Assembly (NCBI RefSeq): GCF_009914755.1
Contig: NC_060933.1
Source: the human T2T-CHM13v2.0 reference genome, Homo sapiens
Reading direction: 5' to 3' (one strand)
DNA length: 64,000 nt
A model generated the notes under the pieces. The model did no database searches, had not been told where the DNA came from, and worked only from the letters and a program-made list of their open reading frames with translations. This document shows, piece after piece, positions 1 to 13,099 of the stretch (position 1 is the stretch's first letter; each line of letters begins with the position of its first letter). Made by a program: the position numbers and the translations under genes.

Positions 1-485
1 CCATTCCTTTCTATTCGGGTTAATTCCATTCCATTCCATTCCATTCCATTCCATTCCATTCCATTCCATTCCATTCCAATCGAGTTGATTCCATTCCATT
101 CCATTCCATTCCATTCCATTCCATTCCATTCCACTCCATTCCAGTCCTTTCCATTCCATTCCACTCGGGTTGATTCCAATGTATTCCTTTCCATTCCATT
201 CCATTCCATTGCAATCGAGTTGATTCCATTGCTTTGCATTCGATTCCATTCCATTCCATTCCGGATGATTCCATTCCATTGCATTCCATTGCATTCCATT
301 CCCCTGCACTCGGTTTGATTCCATTCCATTCCACTCCATTCCGTTCCATTCCATTCCATTCCATTGTATTCGGGTTAATTCCATTCCATTCCATTCCATT
401 CCATTCCATTACAATCGAGTTGATTCCATTCCATTCCATTCCATTCCAGTCCTTTCCATTCCATTCCACTAGGGTTGATTCCATT

Positions 486-590
486 CTATTAGTTTCCATT
501 CCATTCCATTCCCTTCCATTCCACTCTGGTTGATTCCATTCCTTTGCATTCCACTCGAATACATTCCCTCCTATTCCACTCGGAACGATT
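486..590 (+). repeat. Landmark module E (CTATTAGTTT...CTCTGGTTG...CTCGAATACATTCCCTCCTATTCCACTCGGAACG), representative copy
   Basis: The CGAATACATTCCCTCCTATTCCACTCGGAACG core recurs about 23 times: ~556, 2411, 4767, 8573, 10219, 10913, 11847, 14493, 16850, 23364, 25023, 30685, 35591, 39414, 43214, 44408, 45891, 47089, 54140, 58128, 59143, 60715, 63831. Spacing is irregular (0.7-7 kb). Confidence 0.9.
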
Positions 591-810
591 CCATTCCATT
601 CCATTCCATTCCATTCCATTCCATTCCATTCCATTTCGTTCCATTCCATTCTGTTCCGTATTATTCCATTCCATTCCATTCCATTCCATTCCATTCCATT
701 CCATTCCATTCCATTCCATTCCATTGTACTCGGGTTGGTTCCATTCCGTTGCATTCCATTCCATTCCATTCCATTCCATTCCATTCCATTCCGTTGCATT
801 GCATTCCATT

Positions 811-874
811 ACATTCGGATTGATTCTATTCAACTCCCTTACTCTCCATTACATTCCATTCCATTCGGGTTGTT
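811..874 (+). repeat. Landmark module K (ACATTCGGATTGATTCTATTCAACTCCCTTACTCTCCATTACATTCCATTCCATTCGGGTTGTT), representative copy
   Basis: One of the most frequent complex modules, recurring dozens of times across the window. It ends in CGGGTTGTT, which is one base shorter than CGGGTTGATT and shifts the pentamer register by -1. Confidence 0.9.
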
Positions 875-1052
875 CCATTCCATTCCATTCCATTCCACTC
901 CATTCCATTGCACTCGGGTTGATTCCATTCAATTCCATTCCATTCCATTCCATTCCATTCCGGATGATTCCATTCCATTACATTCCGTTCCATTACATTC
1001 CCCTGCACTCGCGTTGATTCCATTCCATTCCATTCCATTCCATTCCATTCCA

Positions 1053-1065
1053 TTCCGGAAGATTC
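1053..1065. promoter_or_regulatory. Perfect 3-unit heat-shock element motif TTCnnGAAnnTTC (TTCCGGAAGATTC), representative of ~39 intact copies
   Basis: Seen: TTC-CG-GAA-GA-TTC, three alternating inverted nGAAn units. Established: this is the canonical HSF1-trimer binding geometry. Function at these positions is not shown by sequence alone. Confidence 0.55.
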
Positions 1066-4000
1066 CATTCCATTGCATTCCATTCCATTCCATTCCCCTG
1101 CACTCGCGTTGATTCTATTCTATTCCATTCTATTCCATTCCATTCCCTTCCTTTCCGTTCTATTCCATTCCATTCCATTCCATTCCATTCCATTCCGTTC
1201 CGTTCCGTTCCATTCCATTCCATTCCATTCCATTCTATTCGGGTTAATTCCATTCCATTCCATTCGATTGCAATCGAGTTGATTCCATTCCATTCCATTC
1301 CATTCCATTCCATTCCTTTCCATTCCTTTACGGATGATTCCATTCCATTGCATTCCATTGCATTCCATTCCCCTGTACTCGGGTTGATTCCATTCCATTC
1401 CATTCCAATCCATGCCCTTCCACTCGTGTTGATTCCATTATTTCCATTCCATTCTAGTTGAATCCATTCCATTGCATTCCATTCCATTCGATTCCATTCG
1501 ATTGCACTCGGGTTGATTCCATTCCATTGCATTCCATTCCATTCCATTCCATTCCATTCCATTCCATTCCGTTCCATTCCATTCCATTACATTCGGATTG
1601 ATTCTATTCAACTCCCTTACTCTCCATTACATTCGATTCCATTCGGGTTGTTCCATTCCATTCCTTTCCATTCCACTCCATTCCATTGCACTCGGGTTGA
1701 TTCCATTACATTCCTTTCCATTCCGGAAGATTCCATTTCATTGCATTCCATTACATTCCATTCCCCTGCACTCGCGTTGATTCCATTCCTTTCCATTCCA
1801 TTCCATTCCATTCCATTCCATTCCATTCCATTCCGTTCCGTTCCATTCCATTCCATTCCATTCCATTCCATTCCGTTCGTTCCATTCCATTCCATTCCAT
1901 TATATTCGGGTTAATTCCATTCCATTCCATTCGATTGCAATCGTGTTGATTCCATTCCATTCCATTCCATTCCATTCCATTCCATTCCATTCCATTCCGT
2001 TCCATTCCACTCCATTATGTTCGGATTGATTGTACTCAACTCCCTTACTCTCCATTATATTCCATTCCATTCGGGTTGTTCCATTCCATTCCATTCCATT
2101 CCACTCCATTCCATTGCACTCGGGTTTGTTCCATTCCATTCCATTCCATTCCATTCCATTCCATTCCAGAAGATTCCATTCCATTGCATTCCATTCCATT
2201 CCATTCCCCTGCACTCGCGTTGATTCCATTCCATTCCATTCCATTCCATTCCATTCCATTCCATTCCTTTCCGTTCCATTCCATTCCATTCCATTCCATT
2301 CCAGTCCTTTCCATTCCATTCCACTCGGGTTGATTCCATTCTATTAGTTTCCATTCCATTCCATTCCCTTCCATTCCACTCTGGTTGATACCATTCCTTT
2401 CCATTCCACTCGAATACATTCCCTCCTATTCCACTCGGAACGATTCCATTCCATTCCATTCCATTCCATTCCATTCCATTCCATTCCATTCCATTTCGTT
2501 CCATTCCATTCTATTCCGTATCATTCCATTCCATTCCATTCCATTCAATTCCATTCCATTCCATTCCATTGTACTCGTGTTGATTCCATTCCATTGCATT
2601 CCATTCCATTCCATTCCATTCCATTCCATTCCGTTGCATTCCATTCCATTACATTCGGATTGATTCTATTCAACTCCCTTACTCTCCATTACATTGCATT
2701 CCATTGGGGTTGTTCCATTCCATTCCATTCCATTCCACTCCATTCCATTGCACTCGGGTTGATTCCATTCCATTCCATTCCATTCCATTCCATTCCATTC
2801 CGGATGATTCCATTCCATTGCATTCCGTTCCATTACATTCCCCTGCACTCGCGTTGATTCCATTCCATTCCATTCCATTCCATTCAATTCCATTCCATTA
2901 CAATTCGTTCCATTCCATTCTATTCCGTACCATTCCATTCCATTCCATACCATTCCATTCCATTCCATTGCATTCCGTTCCATTCCGTTCCATTCCATTC
3001 CATTCCATTCTATTCGGATTAATTCCATTCCATTCCATTCCATTCCATTCTATTCCATTCCATTGAAATCGAGTTGAATCCATTGCATTTCATTCCATTC
3101 CATTCCATTCCATTCCATTCCGGAAGGTTCCATTCCATTGCATTCCATTCCATTCCATTCCATTGCACTCGCGTTGATTCCATTCCATTCCATTCCATTC
3201 CATTCCATTCCATTCCTTTCCGTTCCATTCCATTCCATTCCATTCCAATCCATTCCATTCCGTTCCGTTCCGTTCCATTCCATTCCATTCCATTCTATTC
3301 GGGTTAATTCCATTCGATTCCATTCGATTGCAATCGAGTTGATTCCATTCCATTCTATTCCATTCCATTCCATTCCATTCCATTCCTTTCCATTCCATTC
3401 CATTACGGATGATTCCATTCCATTGCATTCCATTCCATTCCATTCCCCTGTACTCGGGTTGATTCCATTCCATTCCAATCCATGCCATTCCACTCGTGTT
3501 GATTCCATTCTTTCCATTCCATTGAAGTTGAATCCATTCCATTGCATTCCATTCCATTCCATTCCCCTGCAGTCGGGTTGATTCCATTCCATTCCATTCC
3601 ATTCCATTCCATTCCATTCCATTCCGTTCCGTTCCATTCCATTCCATTCCATTCTATTCGGGTTAATTCCATTCCATTCCATTCCAATCGAGTTGATTCC
3701 ATTCCATTCCATTCCATTCCATTCCACTCCATTCCAGTCCTTTCCATTCCATTCCACTCGGGTTGATTCCAATGTATTCCTTTCCATTCCATTCCATTCC
3801 ATTGCAATCGAGTTGATTCCATTGCTTTGCATTCCATTCCATTCCATTCCTTTCCGTTCCATTCCATTCCATTCCTTTCCATTCCATTCCATTCATTTCC
3901 ATTCCATTACGGATGATTCCATTCCATTGCATTCCATTCCATTCCATTCCGCTGTACTCGGGTTGATTCCATTCCATTCCATTCCAATCCATGCCATTCC

Positions 4001-6060
4001 ACTCGTGTTGATTCCATTCTTTCCATTCCATTCAAGTTGAATCCATTCCATTGCATTCCATTCCATTCGATTCCATTCGATTGCACTCGGGTTGATTCCA
4101 TTCCATTGCATTCCATTCCATTCCATTCCATTCCATTCCATTCCATTCCATTCCGTTCCATTCCATTCCATTACATTCGGATTGATTCTATTCAATTCCC
4201 TTACACTCCATTACATTCCATTCCATTCGGGTAGTTTCCATTCCATTCCATTCCATTCCTCTCCATTCCATTGAACTCGGGTTGATTCCATTCCATTGCA
4301 TTCCATTCCATTCCATTCAATTCCATTCCGTTCCATTCCATTCCATTACATTCGGATTCATTCTATTCAACTCCCTTACTCTCCATTACATTCCATTCCA
4401 TTCGGGTTGTTCCATTCCATTCCATTCCATTCCACTCCATTCCATTGCACTCGGGTTGATTCCATTCCATTGCATTCCATTCCATTCCATTCCCCTGCAC
4501 TCGCGTTGATTCCATTCCATTCCATTCTATTCCATTCCATTCCCTTCCTTTCCGTTCCATTCCATTCCATTCCATTCCATTCTATTCGGGTTAATTCCAT
4601 TCCATTACATTCCATTCCATTACAATCGAGTTGATTCCATTCCATTCCATTCCATTCCAGTCTTTTCCATTCCATTCCTCTCGGGTTGATTCCATTCTAT
4701 TAGTTTCCATTCCATTCCATTCCCTTCCATTTCACTCTGGTTGATTCCATTCCTTTCCATTCCACTCGAATACATTCCGTCCTATTCCACTCGGTACGAT
4801 TCCATTCCATTCAATTCCATTCCATTCCATTCCATTCCATTCCATTTCGTTCCATTCCATTCTATTCCGTATCATTCCATTCCATTCTATTCCGTATCAT
4901 TCCATTCCATTCCATTCCCTTCCATTCCATTCCATTCCATTCCATTCCATTGTACTCGTGTTGATTCAATTCCATTGCATTCCATTCCATTCCATTCCAT
5001 TCCATTCCGTTGCATTCCATTCCATTACATTCGGATTGATTCTATTCAACTCCCTTACTCTCCATTACATTCCATTCCATTCGGGTTGTTCCATTCCATT
5101 CCATTCCATTCCACTCCATTCCATTGCACTCGGGTTGATTCCATTCCATTCCATTCCATTCCATTTCATTCCATTCCATTCGATTCCGGATGATTCCATT
5201 CCATTGCATTCCGTTCCATTCCATTCCCCTGCACTCGCGTTGATTCCATTCCATTCCATTCCATTCCATTCCATTCCATTCCATTCCTTTCCATTCCATT
5301 ACGGATGATTCCATTCCATTGCACTCCATTCCATTCCATTCCCCTGTACTCGGGTTGATTCCATTCCATTCCATTCCAATCCATGCCATTCCACTCGTGT
5401 TGATTGCATTCTTTCCATTCCATTCAAGTTGAATCCATTCCATTGCATTCCATTCCATTCCATTCCCCTGCAGTCGGGTTGATTCCATTCCATTCCATTC
5501 CGTTCCATTCCATTCCATTGCATTCCGTTCCGTTCCATTCCATTCCATTCCATTCTATTCGGTTTAATTCCATTCCATACCATTCGATTGCCATCGAGTT
5601 GATTCCATTCCATTCCATTCCATTCCATTCCATTCCATTCCAGTCCTTTCCATTCCATTCCACTCTGGTTGATTCCAATGTATTCCTTTCCATTCCATTC
5701 CATTCAATTGCAATCGAGTTGATTCCATTGCTTTGCATTCCATTCCATTCCATTCCCCTGTACTCGGGTTGATTCCATTCCATTCCATTCCATGCGATTC
5801 CACTCGTGTTGATTCCATTCTTTCCATTCCATTCAAGTTGAATCCATTCCATTGCATTCCATTCCATTCGATTCCATTCCATTGCACTCGGGTTTATTCC
5901 ATTCCATTGCATTCCATTCCGTTCCATTCCATTCCATTCCATTCCATTCCTCTGCACTCGCGTTGATTCCATTCCATTCCATTCCATTCCATTCCATTCC
6001 GTTCCATTCCATTACATTCGGATTGATTCTATTCAACTCCCTTACTCTCCATTACATTCC

Positions 6061-6540
6061 ATTCCATTCGTGTTGTTCCATTCCATTCCATTCCATTCCA
6101 CTCCATTCCATTGCGCTCGGGTTGATTCCATTCCATTCCATTCCATTCCATTCCATTCCATTCCATTCCATTCCGGATGATTCCATTCCATTGCATTCCG
6201 TTCCATTACATTCCCCTGCACTCGGGTTGATTCCATTCCATTCCATTCCATTCCATTCGATTCCATTCCATTCCAATTCTTTCCATTCCATTCTATTCCG
6301 TACCATTCCATTCCATTCCATACAATTCCATTCCATTCCATTCCACTCTGTTCCGTTCCGTTCCGTTCTGTTCCGTTCCATTCCATTCCATTCCATTCTC
6401 TTTGGTTTAATTCCATTCCATTCCATTCCATTCCATTCCATTCCATTCCATTCTATTCCATTCCATTGCAATCGAGTTGAATCCATTGCATTCCATTCCA
6501 TTCCATTCCATTCCATTCCATTCAATTCCGGAAGATTCCA
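6061..6540 (+). repeat. Dispersed near-identical duplicate block (second copy ~17431-17910; relatives ~39580-39830 and ~46500-46915)
   Basis: Shared rare variants ATTCGTGTTGTT, TTGCGCTCGG, CCAATTCTTTCC, CCACTCTGTTCCG and CTCTTTGGTTTAA (6398/17768); offset about 11370 bp. Confidence 0.85.
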
Positions 6541-9500
6541 TTCCATTGCATTCCATTCCATTGCATTCCCCTGCACTCGCGTTGATTCCATTCCATTCCA
6601 TTCCATTCCATTCCATTCCGTTCCGTTCCATTCCATTCCATTCCATTCCATTCCATTCCGTTCCGTTCCATTCCATTCCATTCCATTCTATTCGGGTTAA
6701 TTCCATTCCATTCCATTCGATTGCAATCGAGTTGATTCCATTCCATTCCATGCCATTCCATTCCATTCCATTCCTTTCCATTCCATTACGGATGATTCCA
6801 TTCCATTGCATTCCATTCCATTCCATTCCCCTGTACTCGGGTTGATTCCATTCCATTCCATTCCAATCCATACCATTCCACTCGTGTGGATTCCATTCTT
6901 TGCATTCCAATCAATTGAATCCATTCCATTGCATTGCATTCCATTCGATTCCATTCGATTGCACTCGGGTTGATTCCATTCCATTCCATTCCATTCCATT
7001 CCATTCCATTCCGTTCCATTCCATTCCATTACATTCGGATTGATTCTATTCAATTCCCTTACACTCCATTACATTCCATTCCATTCGGGTAGTTTCCATT
7101 CCATTCCATTCCATTCCTCTCCTTTCCATTGCACTCTGGTTGATTCCATTCCATTGCATTCCTTTCCATTCCATTCAATTCCATTCCGTTCCATTCCATT
7201 CCATTACATTCGGATTGATTCTATTCAACTCCCTTACTCTCCATTATATTCCATTCCATTCGGGTTGTTCCATTCCATTCCATTCCGTTCCACTCCATTC
7301 CATTGCACTCGGGTTGATTCCATTCCATTCCATTCCATTGCATTCCATTCCATTCCATTCCGGATGATTCCATTCCATTGCATTCCATTCCATTCCCCTG
7401 CACTCGGGTTGATTCCATTCCATTCCATTCCATTACATTCCGTTCCATTCCATTCCATTCCATTCGGATTGATTCTATTCAATTCCCTTACACTCCATTA
7501 CATTCCATTCCATTCGGGTAGTTTCCATTCCATTCCATTCCATTCCTCTCCATTGCATTGCACTCGGGTTGATTCCATTCCATTCCATTCCATTACATTA
7601 CCTTCCATTCTATTCCGTTCCATTGTACTCGGGTTGATTCCGTTCCATGGCATTCCATTGCGTTCCATTCCATTACATTCGGATTGATTCTATTCAACTC
7701 CCTTACTATCCATTACATTCCATTCCATTCGGGTTGTTCCATTCCATTCCATTCCATTCCACTCCATTCCATTGCACTCGGGTTGATTCCATTCCATTCC
7801 ATTCCATTCCATTCCATTCCATTCCATTCCTTTCCATTCCATTCCGGATGATTCCATTCCATTGCATTCCATTCCATTCCATTCCCCTGTACTCGGGTTG
7901 ATTCCATTCCATTCCATTCCAATCCATGCCATTCCACTCGTGTTGATTCCATTCTTTCCATTCCATTCAAGTTGAATCCATTCCATTGCATTCCATTCCA
8001 TTCCATTCCCCTGCAGTCGGGTTGATTCCATTCCATTCCATTCCATTCCATTCCATTCCATTCCGTTCCGTTCCATTCCATTCCATTCCTTTCTATTCGG
8101 GTTAATTCCATTCCATTCCATTCCATTCCATTCCAATCAAGTTGATTCCATTCCATTCCATTCCAGTCCTTTCCATTCCATTCCACTCGGGTTGATTCCA
8201 ATGTATTCCTTTCCATTCCATTCCATTCCATTGCAATCCAGTTGATTCCATTGCTTTGCATTCCATTCCATTCCATTCCATTCCGGAGGATTCCATTCCA
8301 TTGCATTCCATTCCATTCCATTCCCCTGCACTCGGGTTCATTCCATTCCATTCCACTCCATTCCGTTCCATTCCATTCCATTCCATTGTATTCGGGTTAA
8401 TTCCATTCCATTCCATTCCATTCCATTACAATCGAGTTGATTCCATTCCATTCCATTCCAGTCCAGTCCTTTCCATTCCATTCCACTCGGGTTGATTCCA
8501 TTCTATTAGTTTCCATTCCATTCCATTCCCTTCCATTCCACTCTGGTTGATTCCATTCCTTTCCTTTCCACTCGAATACATTCCCTCTTATTCCACTCGG
8601 AACGATTCCATTCCATTCCATTCCATTCCATTCCATTCCATTCCATTCTATTCCATTCCATTCCATTTCGTTCCATTCCATTCTATTCCGTACATTCCAT
8701 TCCATTCCATTGCATTCCATTCCATTCCATTCCATTCCATTCCGTTGCATTCCATTCCATTACATTCGGATAGATTCTATTCAACTCCCTTACTCTCGAT
8801 TACATTCCATTCCATTCGGGTTGTTCCATTCCATTCCATTCCATTCCACTCCATTCCATTGCACTCGGGTTGATTCCATTGCATTCCATTCCATTCCATT
8901 CCATTCCGGATGATTCCATTCCATTGCATTCCGTTCCATTACATTCCCCTGCACTCGCGTTGATTCCATTCCATTCCATTCAATTCCATTCCATTACAAT
9001 TCGTTCCATTCCATTCTATTCCGTACCATTCCATTCCATTCCATACCATTCCATTCCATTCCATTCCATTCCATTCCGTTCCATTCCGTTCCATTCCGTT
9101 CCATTCCATTCTATTCGGATTAATTCCATTCCATTCCATTCTATTCCATTCCATCGCAATCGAGTTGAATCCATTGCATTTCATTCCATTCCATTCCTTT
9201 CCATTCCATTCCGGAAGATTCCATTCCATTGCATTCCATTCCATTCCATTCCCCGGCACTCGCGTTGATTCCATTCCATTCCATTCCATTCCATTCCGTT
9301 CCGTTCCGTTCCATTCCATTCCATTCCATTCCATTCCATTCCGTTCCGTTCCCTTCCATTCCATTCCTTGCTATTCGGGTTAATTCCATTCCATTCCATT
9401 CGATTGCAATCGAGTTTATTCCATTCCATTCCATTCCATTCCATTCCATTCCATTCCATTCCTTTCCATTCCATTACGGATGATTCCATTCCATTGCATT

Positions 9501-12500
9501 CCATTCCATTCCATTCCGCTGTACTCGGGTTGATTCCATTCCATTCCATTCCAATCCATGCCATTCCACTCGTGTTGATTCCATTCTTTCCATTCCATTC
9601 AAGTTGAATCCATTCCATTGCATTCCATTCCATTCGATTCCATTCGATTGCACTCGGGTTGATTCCATTCCATTGCATTCCATTCCATTCCATTCCATTC
9701 CATTCCATTCCATTCCATTCCGTTCCATTCCATTCCATTACATTCGGATTGATTCTATTCAATTCCCTTACACTCCATTACATTCCATTCCATTCGGGTA
9801 GTTTCCATTCCATTCCATTCCATTCCTCTCCATTCCATTGCACTCGGGTTGATTCCATTCCATTGCATTCCATTCCATTCCATTCAATTACGTTCCGTTC
9901 CATTCCATTCCATTACATTCGGATTGATTCTATTCAACTCCCTTACTCTCCATTACATTCCATTCCATTCGGGTTGTTCCATTCCATTCCATTCCATTCC
10001 ACTCCATTCCATTGCACTCGGGTTGATTCCATTCCATTCCATTCCATTCCATTCCATTCCATTCCATTCCATTATAATCGAGTTGATTCCATTCCATTCC
10101 ATTCTATTCCAGTCCTTTCCATTCCATTCCACTCGGGTTGATTCCATTCTATTAGTTTCCATTCCATTCCATTCCCTTCCATTCCACTCTGGTTGATTCC
10201 ATTCCTTTCCATTCCACTCGAATACATTCCCTCCTATTCCACTCGGAACGATTCCATTCCATTCCATTCCATTCCATTCCATTCCATTCCATTCCATTCC
10301 ATTCCATTCCATTCCATTTCGTTCCATTCCATTCTATTCCGTATCATTCCATTCCATTCCATTCCATTCCATTCCATTCCATTCCATTCCATTCCATTGT
10401 ACTCGGGTTGATTCCATTCCATTGCATTCCATTCCATTCCATTCCATTCCATTCCATTCCATTCCATTCCGTTCCATTCCATTACATTCGGATTGATTCT
10501 TTTGAACTCCCTTACTCTCCATTACATTCAATTCCATTCGGATTGTTCCATTCCATTGCATTCCATTCCACTCCATTCCATTGCACTCAGGTTGATTCCA
10601 TTCCATTCCATTCCATTCCATTCCATTCCATTCCGGATGATTCCATTCCATTGCATTCCGTTCCATTACATTCCCCTGCACTCGGGTTGATTCCATTCCA
10701 TTCCATTCCATTCCATTCGATTCCATTCCATTCCCCTGCACTCGCGTTGATTCCATTCCATTCCATTCCATTCCATTCCATTCCATTCCATTCCTTTCCA
10801 TTCCAGTCCTTTCCATTCCATTCCACTCGGGTTGATTCCATTCTATTAGTTTCCATTCCATTCCATTCCCTTCCATTCCACTCTGGTTGATTCCATTCCT
10901 TTCCATTCCACTCGAATACATTCCCTCCTATTCGACTCGGAACGATTCCATTCCATTCCATTCCATTCCATTCCATTTCATTCCATTCCATTCCATTCCA
11001 TTCTATTTCGTTCCATTCCGTTCTATTCCGTATCTTTCCATTCCATTCCATTCCATTCCATTCCATTCCACTCGTGTTGATTCCATTCCTTTCCATTCCA
11101 TTCGGTTTGAAGGCATTCCATTCCATTCCATTCCATTCCATTCCATTCCATTCCATTCCATTTCATTGTACTCGGGTTGATTCCATTCCATTGCATTCCA
11201 TTCCATTCCATTCCATTCCATTCCGTTGCATTCCATTCCATTACATTCGGATTGATTCTATTCAACTCCCTTAATCTCCATTCCATTCCATTCCATTCGG
11301 GTTGTTCCATTCCATTCCATTCCATTCCATTCCACTCCATTCCATTGCACTCGGGTTGATTCCATTCCATTCCATTCCATTCCATTCCATTCCATTCCAT
11401 TCCGTTCCGTTCCATTCCATTCCATTCCATTCTATTCGGGTTAATTCCATTCCATTCCATTCGATTGCAATCGAGTTGATTCCATTCCATTCCATTCCAT
11501 TCCATTCCATTCCATTCCATTCCTTTCCATTCCATTACGGATGATTCCATTCCATTGCATTCCATTCCATTCCATTCCCCTGCAATCGGGTTGATTCCAT
11601 TCCATTCCACTCCATGCCGTTCCATTCCATTCCATTCCATTGTATTCGGGTTAATTCCATTCCATTCCATTCCATTCCATTCCATTCCATTCCATTCCAT
11701 TACAATCGAGTTGATTCCATTCCATTCCATTCCATTCCATTCCTTTCCATTCCATTCCACTCGGGTTGATTCCATTCTATTAGTTTCCATTCCATTCCAT
11801 TCCCTTCCATTCCACTCTTGTTGATTCCATTCCTTTCCATTCCACTCGAATACATTCCCTCCTATTCCACTCGGAACGATTCCATTCCATTCCATTCCAT
11901 TCCATTTCGTTCCATTCCATTCTATTCCGTATGATTCCATTCCATTCCATTCCATTCCATTCCATTCCATTCCATTCCATTGTACTCAGGTTGATTCAAT
12001 TCCATTGCATTCCATTCCATTCCATTCCATTCCATTCCATTCCGTTGCATTCCATTCCTTTACATTCGGATTGATTCTATTCAACTCCCTTACTCTCCAT
12101 TACATTCCATTCCATTCAGGTTGTTCCATTCCATTCCATTCCATTCCACTCCATTCCATTGCACTCGGGTTGATTCCATTCCATTCCATTCCATTCCATT
12201 CCATTCCATTCCATTCCGGATGATTCCATTCCATTGCATTCCGTTCCATTACATTCCCCTGCACTCGCGTTGATTCCATTCCATTCCATTCAATTCCATT
12301 CCATTACAATTCGTTCCATTCCATTCTATTCCGTACCATTCCATTCAATTGCATACCATTCCATTCCATTCCATTCCATTCCATTCCGTTCCATTCCATT
12401 CCATTCCATTCCATTCCATTCTATTCGGATTAATTCCATTCCATTCCATTCCATTCCATTCTATTCCATTCCATTGCAATCGAGTTGAATCCATTGCATT

Positions 12501-13099
12501 TCATTCCATTCCATTCCATTCCATTCCTTTCCGGAAGATTCCATTCCATTGCATTCCATTCCATTCCATTCCCCTGCACTCGCGTTGATTCCATTCCATT
12601 CCATTCCATTCCATTCCATTCCGTCCCGTTCCATTCCATTCCATTCCATTCCATTCCATTCCATTCCATTCCTTTCCGTTCCATTCCATTCCATTCCATT
12701 CCATTCCAATCCATTCCATTCCGTTCCGTTCCGTTCCATTCCATTCTATTCCATTCTATTCGGGTTAATTCCATTCCATTCCATTCGATTGCAATCGAGT
12801 TGATTCCATTCCATTCCATTCCATTCCATTCCATTCCATTCCATTCCATTCCATTCCTTTCCATTCCATTACGGATGATTCCATTCCATTGCTTTCCATT
12901 CCATTCCATTCCCCTGTACTCGGGTTGATTCCATTCCATTCCATTCCAATCCATGCCATTCCACTCGTGTTGATTCCATTCTTTCCATTCCATTCAAGTT
13001 GAATCCATTCCATTGCATTCCATTCCATTCGATTCCATTCGATTGCACTCGGGTTGATTCCATTCCATTGCATTCCATTCCATTCCATTCCATTCCATT

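Noticed and set aside
1053-1060. TTCCGGAA as a STAT/GAS element; GGAA repeats as EWS-FLI1 microsatellites
   Set aside because: GAS needs TTC-N3(or N4)-GAA and here the spacer is 2 nt. The EWS-FLI1 target is tandem (GGAA)n, whereas this array is (GGAAT)n.
4191-4410. 175-bp spacing as alpha-satellite (171-bp) monomer or CENP-B box context
   Set aside because: The sequence is pentamer-derived with no alpha-satellite similarity visible. ATTCG and CGGG words occur, but I did not find them in the TTCG-4-A-2-CGGG CENP-B box arrangement.
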